Shown here one piece after another: positions 9,717-19,612 of a stretch of 64,000 bases of DNA. The position numbers and the translations under genes were made by a program. This stretch comes from Candidatus Latescibacterota bacterium (lineage in GTDB: Bacteria > Latescibacterota > UBA2968 > GCA-2709665): NCBI GenBank assembly GCA_965219995.1, contig CBDCOX010000002.1, positions 1,984,001 to 2,048,000 of the forward strand, written 5' to 3'. Below the pieces are notes generated by a model that made no database searches, was not told the DNA's origin, and worked only from the letters and a program-made list of their open reading frames with translations. Position 1 is the first letter of the stretch. Each line of letters starts with the position of its first letter.

Positions 9717-11447
9717 ATGCCGGAAACGGTCCTGTCCGAACCCCGACATAAAGTACGAGTGGAACGAAGTATACCCATAAGGATGCGAGACGGCGTCGTC
9801 CTTCGAGCCGACGTCTACCGTCCGGAAACTGACGGGAGATACCCGGTCATCGTTGAACGGGTTGCGTACGAATTGGTTGGACGCTGCACCTCCAATGGCG
9901 AATTCTACGCGAGCCGGGGGTACGTCTTCGTTGGCCAGAACGTACGGGGGACCTTTGCCTCTGAGGGCGAATGGCGACCCTTCCGGGACGACGGCTGGGG
10001 CGCCAACCGCGACGGGTACGATACCATCGAATGGGCGGGAGTACAGCCCTGGTCCGACGGCCGCGTAGGCATGGCCGACGGCTCCTACTCCGGATTCTCT
10101 CAGTACATGGTCGCGCCTACCCGGCCGCAGCACCTGAAGGCGCTCTACGTGCGGCAGGGCGGTGCAGATTACTACAGCGGCTTCTGGTACCGTTACGGCG
10201 CCTATTCGCTACCCTTCCAGAAATGGGCGATGCAGACGCTGCTGGCGCAACTGAACCACGAAAGCGCGCCTCCGGGTCTGGAAGCCGCGACGGCGCGCCT
10301 CGCAGCTGCATTGAATGAATACGAAGACTGGGAGCGGCACCTTCCACTGAAGTCTTTCCCTCCCCTGGAAGGACTGATCGACTGGTACTTCGAATACCTG
10401 GACCACCCCGAAGACGGACCCTACTGGTGGCACACCAATATCACATCGAAATTCGGCGAAATCGACACACCCATGCTTCATTTCGGCGCCTGGTTCGACG
10501 TCTTCCTGGACGGTACGCTGCAGTCTTTTCAGGGAATCCGGAAACACGGTCGAACCCGGGCCTGCCGGGAAGGGCAGCGCCTGCTCATCGGACCCTGGAT
10601 TCACGGTCCGGGAAACGCCGCGAAACGCGTCGTCGGCGAACTCGACTTCGGCCCGGAGGCGGCGTTCGACATGAATGCGCACCGCCTGCAATGGTATGAT
10701 TACTGGCTGAAGGGAATAGACAACGGAACCATGGACGGCCCGCCCGTACGAATCTTCCTGATGGGAAAGAACGATTGGCTGGGCCTGGATGACTGGCCGC
10801 CGCCGGGCGTCACTTACCGGTCTGCATTCTTCCGGGAGGGTTCCGGGAAGAATGAGAACTCGCTCAACAACGGCGGCCTGACTTTCGACGCTCCCGATAC
10901 CGCAGAACATCCGGACAGCTTTTCGTACGATCCGAACGACCCCATGCCCGGGCTGCGATTCTATCCCACGCTGGGGCCGGTGGACCATCTGGCATTGGAA
11001 AGCGGCATGCTCACCTATACGTCTGCCGTGCTGAAGCGCGAGCTGACCGTCATTGGGCCCGTCAAGGCGATCGTACACGGCCTGTCGTCGGCCCCGGATA
11101 CGGATTGGGTGGTCAGACTTTGCGACGTCTGGCCGGATGGCCGGTCCATGCCCGTGTGCGACGGGATCCTGAGGGCGCGATTCCGCAATTCGCTGCAGCG
11201 CCCCGAACTCCTGACGCCGGGCAGGATCTACCGGTTCGAAATCGACATGTCCGCCACGGCGCAGGTGTTCCAGTCCGGGCACCGCCTGCGGGTGGAAATC
11301 ACAAGCAGCGATTTCCCCCGATACGATCGAAACCTGAACACGGGCGGTCCATTCGGCGAAGAAGCCACCGGACGGGTCGCCCTCAACACGGTCTTTCACG
11401 ACGCGGACCGACCGTCATGCGTCGTCCTGCCCGTTATGGAAGACTGA
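9717..11447 (+). CDS. CocE/NonD family serine hydrolase
   Basis: MRDGVVLRADVY, DGYDTIEWA..QPWSDGRVGM, GSYSG nucleophile, GAWFD, IGPWIH, SSDFPRYDRNLNTG. AGGAG RBS. Confidence 0.93.
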   Translation: MPETVLSEPRHKVRVERSIPIRMRDGVVLRADVYRPETDGRYPVIVERVAYELVGRCTSNGEFYASRGYVFVGQNVRGTFASEGEWRPFRDDGWGANRDGYDTIEWAGVQPWSDGRVGMADGSYSGFSQYMVAPTRPQHLKALYVRQGGADYYSGFWYRYGAYSLPFQKWAMQTLLAQLNHESAPPGLEAATARLAAALNEYEDWERHLPLKSFPPLEGLIDWYFEYLDHPEDGPYWWHTNITSKFGEIDTPMLHFGAWFDVFLDGTLQSFQGIRKHGRTRACREGQRLLIGPWIHGPGNAAKRVVGELDFGPEAAFDMNAHRLQWYDYWLKGIDNGTMDGPPVRIFLMGKNDWLGLDDWPPPGVTYRSAFFREGSGKNENSLNNGGLTFDAPDTAEHPDSFSYDPNDPMPGLRFYPTLGPVDHLALESGMLTYTSAVLKRELTVIGPVKAIVHGLSSAPDTDWVVRLCDVWPDGRSMPVCDGILRARFRNSLQRPELLTPGRIYRFEIDMSATAQVFQSGHRLRVEITSSDFPRYDRNLNTGGPFGEEATGRVALNTVFHDADRPSCVVLPVMED

Positions 11448-11611
11448 CAGGGCGTTTCCGGACCCGGGCCGGAAACCGCGGCAATCACCGGCCCGACATG
11501 CCGTCAGAAAATCGCCCTGCCCGGGTACGCTGCAATCCATCGAAACAGCCACCGGGCAGGGCCCGCACGTCCGACCGAAATTCAAGTGACCGCCTTAAAA
11601 CCCCTGGCGGC

Positions 11612-13075
11612 CTATTCTTCGGGAAATACATTACAACCTGCCGGCGCCCTCCAGAAGTCCGCGAGGTCGTGTTCCACTGCGCCAGCCCACCTGCGCAACA
11701 CACGCCTACCGCCGGCCCGACGTTGCAGCTCAGGCCCGATCGCACCCCCGTCCCAGCCCTCCCGGACCCTGGCCAGAAGCGCCTCCCTCACCTCCGCGCA
11801 ATCCGGATCGCCCGCACGATCGGCGAACTCTCCAGGGTCTTCGGCGAGATTGAACAGCTGCGGTTCATCGTACCCGTGATAGCTGTTCAGTTTCCACGGA
11901 CCCTGCCGGACCATCCGTCCGGGCGGCTCGTCGGCGCCGCTGTAATTTTCGGAAAAAACCTCGTTCGACCAACCGTGCGCCCGTCCACCGCCCTCGAGGA
12001 AACACCTCAGGCTCCTGCCCGCGACCTCCGGCAGCGGATCTCCGCCGGCCAGGTCGATCAGCGTGGGGCCGACGTCCAGCAGACTTGTCAAGGCATCCAC
12101 GCGCCGTCCTTCATTGAATCGCCCCGGAAACGATGCGATCATCGGCACGCCGGAAGACCCGTCGTAAAAGCTGCTCTTCCACCACATCCCGTGCTCACCG
12201 GCCATCTCCCCGTGGTCCGAAAGATAGATCACAGCCGTGTTGTCCGCGAACGACGTCGAGGCCAGCGTCTCGAGAAGCCGGCCGATCAGACCGTCCATAA
12301 ACGTGACCAGGCCATAGTAGGCCGCGCGGGCCCGGCGCACCGCGTCATCGCTCAATCCGTTTACGCCGCGCTTCTCGCGCCAAAGCTTTATCGCCGGATG
12401 GAGCCGGTCCAGATAGCCCTCCGGCACGGCCGGAACCTCCACGCGATGGTAGTACTCTTCGTAAAGGTCCCTGGGACAGATAAAAGGGCAATGCGGCAGC
12501 ACATAGCCCGTCACGAGACAAAATGGACGCTCGGCGCCGGCCCGGTCGCGTCTTGCGAGAAACTCACAGCACGCGTCCGTGACCGCCACGTCGTACGCCT
12601 GGTATGCCGTGCGCCCGGGTCCGGAAATTTCCACCGAGTTGCGGGATTGGCCCGTTGTCCCCGTGGGGATATGCCCCAGATCGGGACCCGGGCCGCCCGG
12701 AAATGGACCGGAGACATCCCCTATAATACGCTTTTCGAAACCGTGTCGCTGGTCAGGCCCAACGAAATGCATCCTGCCGCCCAGCACCGTTTCGTATCCC
12801 GCCATCCCCAGACCGTGCGCGAAGGTAGGGACGTCGGACCGAAGAAAACAGGCATTGGACCACACTTCGATGTCTGAGGAATGACGGCCCGTGAGGAAGG
12901 TCATGCGGGAAGGCACGCAGAGCGGTGACGCGCAATAGGTGTTTTCGAACAACACGCCGCGTTCCGCCAGGGCGTCCAGGTGCGGGGTACGGACGATTGG
13001 ATCCCCGGCACAACCCATATACCGGCGGTTGTGCTGGTCTGACATAATGACCAGAAAATTGGGTTGGTCCGGCAA
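11612..13075 (-). CDS. Sulfatase (choline-sulfatase-like, S1)
   Basis: PNFLVIMSDQH, CVPSR (CxPxR), GRMHF, SDHGEMAGEHG.WWK. No signal peptide. Confidence 0.92.
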   Translation of the reverse strand: MPDQPNFLVIMSDQHNRRYMGCAGDPIVRTPHLDALAERGVLFENTYCASPLCVPSRMTFLTGRHSSDIEVWSNACFLRSDVPTFAHGLGMAGYETVLGGRMHFVGPDQRHGFEKRIIGDVSGPFPGGPGPDLGHIPTGTTGQSRNSVEISGPGRTAYQAYDVAVTDACCEFLARRDRAGAERPFCLVTGYVLPHCPFICPRDLYEEYYHRVEVPAVPEGYLDRLHPAIKLWREKRGVNGLSDDAVRRARAAYYGLVTFMDGLIGRLLETLASTSFADNTAVIYLSDHGEMAGEHGMWWKSSFYDGSSGVPMIASFPGRFNEGRRVDALTSLLDVGPTLIDLAGGDPLPEVAGRSLRCFLEGGGRAHGWSNEVFSENYSGADEPPGRMVRQGPWKLNSYHGYDEPQLFNLAEDPGEFADRAGDPDCAEVREALLARVREGWDGGAIGPELQRRAGGRRVLRRWAGAVEHDLADFWRAPAGCNVFPEE

Positions 13076-13137
13076 GACAGGCCCCCCTCGTCTTCAGGCC
13101 AATTGACCTCGCTTCGTATTCTTCGACATACGGTGCG

Positions 13138-14379
13138 TCAGGGAGTTCCCGAACCTGGAAGCATTACGATCCGGACACGATGATTGTACGTATCGGCAAT
13201 GTAAAGGAGTCCGTTTGCCTCATCGAACCCGACGCCTGCCGGCCGGTTCAGTGCGGCCGACGTGGCGGGGCCTCCATCACCGCTGAATCCCGGCTGTCCG
13301 GTTCCGGCCACCGTTGCAATCGTCCCTGACGCCAGATCGATTGCCCTGATGCGATGGTTCATCTCATCGGCGACGTAAAGCCGCCCATCCGGCCCGAACT
13401 GAATATCGCGCGGGTTGTTCAGGTTCGCCTCCACGGCCGGACCTCCGTCGCCGCTGAACCCCGCGGCGCCCGTGCCCGCCACGGTATCGATCCGGTCCCT
13501 CTCAAAGTCCACTCGTCGAATCCGCTGATTGAGCGTATCGGAGATATAGAGCTTTCCATCCGGACCCAGGGCCAATCCGCCCGCCGGCGGAGGATTGTTG
13601 CCCGCCGGGAGGTTCAATTGCGCCATCAGGGGAGGACCGCCGTCGCCTCCGGATCCGGCCGTGCCCGTGCCTACCACTGTCCTGATGACGCTGTTTGTAT
13701 CGATCTTTCGCACCCGCAGATTTCGCTGATCCAGGACATAGAGCGTATTTCCCGGTGCGAGCACCGTCTGCGAAGGATAGTTCAACAGCGCGTCCTCCGC
13801 GGGACCGCCGTCTCCAGAAAAGCCCGGTGCGTCTCCCAGGAATACCCGCACCCTGCCACTGCCAGGATCGAAGAGCCGCAGCTTGTGGTTCCGCCAGGCC
13901 GTCAGCAGAAAGGCCCCGCCTGAGAGCTGAGACAGGTGCGTCGGATGGCTCAGATTGACGGATCTCCCGGGCGCGCCCGGCGGGATCCGCTCGGACTGCG
14001 CGTAGGAACCGTCGCCCATAAAGCCGCTGCCGATCGCTGTCTCCAGCGTGCTGTCGCCGATCGCGGCCCGCCGCACGCGATGATTGTTCCAGTCCAGAAC
14101 ATAAACCCGGCCTTCTGGCGTGACCATCACATCCACAGGCCAGTAGAACGTGGACAGCAAATACACGTTGCCGTCTCCGTCCCAGCCCGCATCGCCGGTT
14201 CCCGCCCAGGTGCAGATCGTTCCGGGCGTGTCCGAACACAGCGACGGCGGCGCAATGGGTTCTTCGTCGTCATCGGATTCGATCGGATTGTCGTCTCCAC
14301 AGGCCGCCAGAAAACAGGCCAGCATCCCGACACAGAACCAGAACATGCCCCGCCGTAGTCTATCCGCAATGAGATGCAT
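13138..14379 (-). CDS. NHL-repeat beta-propeller lipoprotein
   Basis: Lipobox LAAC, repeated G(F)SGDGGPA..A.LN.P and LYIADT.NHR units. Confidence 0.85.
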   Translation of the reverse strand: MHLIADRLRRGMFWFCVGMLACFLAACGDDNPIESDDDEEPIAPPSLCSDTPGTICTWAGTGDAGWDGDGNVYLLSTFYWPVDVMVTPEGRVYVLDWNNHRVRRAAIGDSTLETAIGSGFMGDGSYAQSERIPPGAPGRSVNLSHPTHLSQLSGGAFLLTAWRNHKLRLFDPGSGRVRVFLGDAPGFSGDGGPAEDALLNYPSQTVLAPGNTLYVLDQRNLRVRKIDTNSVIRTVVGTGTAGSGGDGGPPLMAQLNLPAGNNPPPAGGLALGPDGKLYISDTLNQRIRRVDFERDRIDTVAGTGAAGFSGDGGPAVEANLNNPRDIQFGPDGRLYVADEMNHRIRAIDLASGTIATVAGTGQPGFSGDGGPATSAALNRPAGVGFDEANGLLYIADTYNHRVRIVMLPGSGTP

Positions 14380-14467
14380 CTTTACTTCCCTTCACATCTT
14401 CTCCCTATTGACAGGCCCGGCCGGTTGCCTCCTCTCGTCAAACACATCCTTGCAGGCTGGAGGACCT

Positions 14468-15610
14468 TCAGAAATCGCTCGCACACCGGAATCCGATCTG
14501 TTCATCCGTAGCAAATGGCGCATCGAACCACCGCGTGGTCGTGTCGGCCAGATCCCGAAACTTCCATGAACCGCCCCGCATCACGCGGTTGAGTCCGATT
14601 TCCGGCCCTTTTGGATTTTCCTTTGGCGTATCATGATAATAATCGGGGTTGAACCAGTCCTCACACCACTCCCATGCGTTGCCGGACATATCGTGCACCC
14701 CGTACGGGCTTACGCCAATTGGGTGGCTGCCCACGTCTACCGTACGGCCAACAAGATCGGCGATATTCGCGTGTTCAGGGGTAGGCGTCGCCGTTCCCCA
14801 TGGGTAGGGTCGCTTATCGGTGCCACGAGCCGCCTTTTCCCACTCCGCTTCGGTCGGGAGGCGCATTCCCGCCCATTCGCAGTAGGCTTTGGCGCCAAAC
14901 CAGGTCACGTTCGTCACGGCCCGGTTGGCGAGATAAAACGCCTTCAGCACGTACTCATCCTTTATGGTGCGCCCCAGTTCCTCGCTTTCCTCATCATCGT
15001 CCCCTTGCCGTCCCGCCAATACGTCAATCGAAATCCGGATATCTGCCCTTCTCGAATCCAGATTGTAGAGCACGTTATCTTCCGAGTCCAGGTTCCGGTT
15101 CGCCGCATTCTGGTATGCGATGTCCTCGTCCGTCTGCCATGGCGCCGTTCGGCCTACGGTTTTGGTGTTCCGGTTTCTGTCGTTCAGGAAAGCGATAAAC
15201 TGGACGTTGTTCACTTCAAACTTATCTATCTTGAAGGCGTCCAGGTACACGACGTGTTCGGGGCCATCGGGCGGCAGCCCGCCCCGATCGGTCCCCATGA
15301 TGAATTCTCCAGCCGGTACCTCGAGCAGTTCATGTTTAAGGATCGGCACGACCTGTCCATCGACCACCTGCCGACCGAAGAAAGTTGCGAAAATTACGAA
15401 GTCGGGCAAGTCCACCGCGCGGCTGCCGTCCAGGTCGTATATCGGATCGTCCGACTGAAAGGCACGCGCAAACAGGACGAAGTCGGTCAGATCGATGGTT
15501 CCGTTGCCGTCGAAGTCCACGTCTTCTATGGTCACCCTTTCCGCCCACGCACGTGCCGGACACAGTGCGAGCAAGAAAGCCAGACAAACAGAATAAAACA
15601 CACGCGACAT
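14468..15610 (-). CDS. Secreted FGE-sulfatase/SUMF1-domain protein with N-terminal dockerin/EF-hand-like domain
   Basis: Signal peptide, DFDGNGTIDLTDF...DLDGSRAVDLPDF, RLPTEAEWEKAARG, DMSGNAWEW, RGGSW, GFRC. Confidence 0.88.
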   Translation of the reverse strand: MSRVFYSVCLAFLLALCPARAWAERVTIEDVDFDGNGTIDLTDFVLFARAFQSDDPIYDLDGSRAVDLPDFVIFATFFGRQVVDGQVVPILKHELLEVPAGEFIMGTDRGGLPPDGPEHVVYLDAFKIDKFEVNNVQFIAFLNDRNRNTKTVGRTAPWQTDEDIAYQNAANRNLDSEDNVLYNLDSRRADIRISIDVLAGRQGDDDEESEELGRTIKDEYVLKAFYLANRAVTNVTWFGAKAYCEWAGMRLPTEAEWEKAARGTDKRPYPWGTATPTPEHANIADLVGRTVDVGSHPIGVSPYGVHDMSGNAWEWCEDWFNPDYYHDTPKENPKGPEIGLNRVMRGGSWKFRDLADTTTRWFDAPFATDEQIGFRCASDF

Positions 15611-15782
15611 GTGCGAAATCTCCTTCACCGGCGTTTCTTATCAGACGACAGACATCATCTCCGGCGTTTCCCGTCGCGCGCCAACTTATTGTACGCACTT
15701 ACGTTACGTCGTTAGTCGAGTGGTCTGGGAGAACTGACGAAGGATACCTGCCGGCGCCGTCCATGAGCGTTTGCGAAACGTC

Positions 15783-18700
15783 TCACTTCTGCACCACGAA
15801 CGTGGTCTCCTTTGAAAAGGACTTGCCGCTGTTTAAATCCGTAACCTCCACCGTCAGGTAGTATTTCCCGGACCGCGCTTCCCCCAATTCCAGTTCCGTA
15901 TACGCCACTTCCGAGTCCAGGAAGCCGAGTTGCTCATAACCCACCGCCACTTCCCTTTTGTTCGACCGCCCCCTGAGCGTTTGCGCCAGCGTGGACAATA
16001 CGCCGCCCGCCTTCGGTCCCATCGTGTACTCCACACGGTACTGGGTCTGTCCGAATTCATCCTTTTTCAGGTTGTATATTTCGTAATACACGAATACGTT
16101 CTGGCCCATTCCATAGGTTCGAGACGGCATCGGTACCACGTTCAACCCATGTTTTCCGAATTTGCCGGCATCCGTATCGGCCTCGCTGACTCTGTATGCC
16201 AATTCCAGGTCGCTGACGCGGAGACCCTCCCGATGGTAAGACTCCACGTCGACCTGCTGCCGGTATATTCCCAGCCGACCCGTCATCCGGTCCCGAGCCT
16301 TAACCTCCAGCCGGTAAGTGCCCGGCGGCACTTCCAGCCTGACCACGTCCGGGAGGACCACGTCGGGACCCGTTCGATTGCCCGGCTGCTTGTAAAACAC
16401 CTCCGCCGTCTTCCGGTAGACCTTGCCGGAAAGGGACGAGAGCAACGCCAACTGCCGCCGGACCGCCACCTGTGTGACGTTATGTTCGGGAAGGTAATTC
16501 GGTACCGTGCACGGTATGCCGTAATAGATCTCCAGCACGCTCTTGCCGTCTCGCCCTTTGAAGTCTGCCAGCGCATAATAGAAGTCGAACGGCGCTTCCG
16601 CGTATTCCGGCGTGAAGGTGTCCGGGGTCAGCGCAACCGCCTGCTTGTACACCTGCTCCGGCGAAAAACGCCGGAACCTTGAAACCTGATCGACATTCAA
16701 ATCGGGCGCACTCGGAACCGGCGCGAAATCAAAGACCTGCGAGTTGAACTCGTCCGTGAACGTTATCTCTACACCCCCGTCGATATCGAGATAGACCCAC
16801 GACTCCCAGGGCGTGGACCCAAGGTCGGCGCCGGCGCTGAGTACCGGACTGAAGCCCGACCCCGCAAAGATGTCCGTGTTGATGTTGGACGGGACCGGTC
16901 GCATAACTGTGCTCGCGAGTTCACTCTGTCCGATGTCTCCTCCCGCGCCGATCGTACCGGCGGTGCTGCGGCGCTCCGTGTTATTCCGGTCGGTGGACGA
17001 GCCCCCATCCCGGCTTCCTTCCGACGTTGTCATCTGCCTCAGATTCGAGTCCGCGCCATCCGGGTCCCCGCCCGTGAACGCGTCCCGCTCGCCTTCGATA
17101 CCGAGATCGGCCGCCGCGCTTTCGAAACCGAGAATATCGCGCTCCAGAGAGAAATTGCGGATGGGGAACACGGGACCCATAAACGACGCGCCGATGGACT
17201 CGGTACCGTAGAGTTGCCTGGCCAGCCGCTCCTTCACGCGCAGCACGGGCAGGTTCTGCCGGAAATTCACCTTCCGCGAGCTCGTCACGTGATCCGGCTC
17301 GCCGAACCGGATGTACACCTCGCCGCGCCGGTCCCACGGTTCCTTGCCCTTGGAAAACTCCAATAGCGCGTACCAGACTCTGCGGTAGTGTTCCAGAAGC
17401 CTTTCGTTTACAGGTGTGCCAATGTCGGGGTCGCGAACGCTCCAGAAACTCTCCAGATACGCCTCACGGGCAGCGCCGGAGGTCTGTTCGAATTCCGCCA
17501 TTTCCTCAGGGTAAGCAATCAGACCGATATCGTAATAGTGGGCCCGCTGCTCCGGTTCCAACCGCGAAATGTACGTAGAGAAAAACCCCATCGCCATATC
17601 GTACTTGCTGCGTTTCGCGCATGCCTGAGCCAGGATCGGCATCAGTTCGATTGCGTCGGGGTATTCGTGTGTAAACGCCCTTACCTTTTCCAGAATCCGG
17701 TCGTAGTCCTTCACTTTCAGGTACGCGTGGCCCAGCCGTCTGCCCACTTTCCGGTCCGTCGGCCGCATGGCCAGATACCGGGTGTACCAGACGATGGCTT
17801 CCTCGTAATCCTCCATGAAATTGGCGTACCAATCTCCCATCAGCAGATAGGCGTCGGCGTACTCCGGATCCGTCTTCAGCACGCGGTCCAACTCCGGCTT
17901 CACGTCGTGCTCATTGAGCATATATCGCACAAGCGCGATCTTGTATTGGGCATCCACGAAGTCCCGATCGCGCATCAAAGCCTTTCTGAAATAGCTGATC
18001 GCCTGGTAGCGTTCGTTGTGGAGTTCCATCAACACGAGGCCCAGACCATAATAGGGCTCCGGGTCGTTGCTTGTGTGGGCGGCCGCCCTCCTGAACGCCC
18101 ACTTGGCGCCCCGGTAGTATTTGTCCTCGAGGAATGCGTAACCCAGCTTCAGATGCGAGTCTTTATCCCGTGGGCGCTGGTGGGCAACCACGCGGAGCGG
18201 AAAGATCGCCGCTTCCACGTCATGCCTGTCGAGCCGCGCCACGCCCAGGTCGAAAAGCGAATCGACCCTGGCGCGCGGCAAGTCACGCGACTCCACCGCG
18301 TATCCGCCGGGACCTCCCAGGAGGTACTGCACCCGACCCCGGTGCCAGTAACAGGTCAGTACGGGACCGCCGGCGCGAACATTCGGCCGGAAGAAATACC
18401 CGACTTCAGGCATATGCGGTTCGTCCGTTGCCGGACATTGGAAAAGACGCCTGAGTTGCGCCAGGTCCCGCGCTCTCGCGGATGCGTCCGACTGCCGCTT
18501 TTCCAATTCAGCGGACGCCCATGACAGGAGCCCGCTCAACCCTGCCGCTGATTCATCGCTGCGCGCGGCGTTGAACTCCGAAATCAGATCGCCCACCACC
18601 AGCAGGCGTTCCGAGCAAACCGCTTCCTTCAATGCGTCGTCGTTACTGATCCGGCTTCGAATTCCATCGATGTAACCCTGGCAGCTTCCACGCGACAGCC

Positions 18701-19532
18701 CCAGCGGCGCATACGCCTTTCGAAGTTCCCTGAAACCCCTCACGGCCTCCCGGTAGGCATCCCTGGCGCCGCGGTACTCGCCCCGATGCATCGCGTGGTG
18801 ACCCCGCACCCACCAGTTCAATGCCTGGTGAACCATCAGCATGGCCGCGTCAATTTCCGATTCCAGCGCCGGTTCCGGAGGTCTGCCGTCACCTGAATGA
18901 TCCGAACCGGCCCATGCCTCCACGCTGCCTCCGTCCATTCCGACAAAGGAAACCTCGCCGTCGACCACAGCGGTCACGGCGTCCGCGCCTGCAGACCACG
19001 CCAACGGGCCTCGCACGCGTCCGGCCGCGAGCAGCCTGCCACGTCCGAATGCATCGACGGTCCACAATCCGCGGCGGTCCGTTACGGCCAGCCGGCTTCC
19101 GTCGGGCGCCACGGCCATTTCGACGGGTTCCATTCCCTCAGGCAATCGCCAGAGAGACTCTCCGGATGCATCTATCCGCCAGATGCGGTTACGGATGAGG
19201 GCAAGCCGCCGCTGTTTGCGCGTGTCGGACGTCAGCCTTCCCAGGGGTGTCGTGCCGAACGCGACGTGGTCCAGCCCCCGTTCCAGATAAACCAGCCCAC
19301 CGCCGGGCAAAAAGCCCACGTCTCCAGGCGGGCCCAGGAAGACTCCCGCCCTTGCGGGCGGCGTCCCGTCGATTCGCCCCTCCCAGATCTGGGTGAACAG
19401 GACCATCGGTTTCCCGGACGGCACCAGCCACACCACTCGCTCGCCGTCGGGAGAATAAACCGCGGACGGGACGGAATCAGCCCGGGTCGCAAGCGCCAGC
19501 AGGGCGACTGCGACAGTGAGAAATCTCAACAA
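15783..19532 (-). CDS. Large secreted TPR + GWxTD-domain protein
   Basis: Signal peptide, TolB-like (SPDG) N-terminus, TPR run, FW...DPD..TPVNERLLEHYRRV.Y and PWDRRGEVYIRFGEPD, C-terminal Ig-like domains. Confidence 0.8.
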   Translation of the reverse strand: MLRFLTVAVALLALATRADSVPSAVYSPDGERVVWLVPSGKPMVLFTQIWEGRIDGTPPARAGVFLGPPGDVGFLPGGGLVYLERGLDHVAFGTTPLGRLTSDTRKQRRLALIRNRIWRIDASGESLWRLPEGMEPVEMAVAPDGSRLAVTDRRGLWTVDAFGRGRLLAAGRVRGPLAWSAGADAVTAVVDGEVSFVGMDGGSVEAWAGSDHSGDGRPPEPALESEIDAAMLMVHQALNWWVRGHHAMHRGEYRGARDAYREAVRGFRELRKAYAPLGLSRGSCQGYIDGIRSRISNDDALKEAVCSERLLVVGDLISEFNAARSDESAAGLSGLLSWASAELEKRQSDASARARDLAQLRRLFQCPATDEPHMPEVGYFFRPNVRAGGPVLTCYWHRGRVQYLLGGPGGYAVESRDLPRARVDSLFDLGVARLDRHDVEAAIFPLRVVAHQRPRDKDSHLKLGYAFLEDKYYRGAKWAFRRAAAHTSNDPEPYYGLGLVLMELHNERYQAISYFRKALMRDRDFVDAQYKIALVRYMLNEHDVKPELDRVLKTDPEYADAYLLMGDWYANFMEDYEEAIVWYTRYLAMRPTDRKVGRRLGHAYLKVKDYDRILEKVRAFTHEYPDAIELMPILAQACAKRSKYDMAMGFFSTYISRLEPEQRAHYYDIGLIAYPEEMAEFEQTSGAAREAYLESFWSVRDPDIGTPVNERLLEHYRRVWYALLEFSKGKEPWDRRGEVYIRFGEPDHVTSSRKVNFRQNLPVLRVKERLARQLYGTESIGASFMGPVFPIRNFSLERDILGFESAAADLGIEGERDAFTGGDPDGADSNLRQMTTSEGSRDGGSSTDRNNTERRSTAGTIGAGGDIGQSELASTVMRPVPSNINTDIFAGSGFSPVLSAGADLGSTPWESWVYLDIDGGVEITFTDEFNSQVFDFAPVPSAPDLNVDQVSRFRRFSPEQVYKQAVALTPDTFTPEYAEAPFDFYYALADFKGRDGKSVLEIYYGIPCTVPNYLPEHNVTQVAVRRQLALLSSLSGKVYRKTAEVFYKQPGNRTGPDVVLPDVVRLEVPPGTYRLEVKARDRMTGRLGIYRQQVDVESYHREGLRVSDLELAYRVSEADTDAGKFGKHGLNVVPMPSRTYGMGQNVFVYYEIYNLKKDEFGQTQYRVEYTMGPKAGGVLSTLAQTLRGRSNKREVAVGYEQLGFLDSEVAYTELELGEARSGKYYLTVEVTDLNSGKSFSKETTFVVQK

Positions 19533-19612
19533 GCGCTCCTCCAGACCTCACAAATGGCCGCGAAGGATAGGCAACGAGCAATGCCTATAAGATAAGGAAG
19601 TTATCCCCCGTT

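Noticed and set aside
11612-15610. Sulfatase plus its maturation enzyme
   Set aside because: The FGE-domain protein is exported and lacks the catalytic cysteines.
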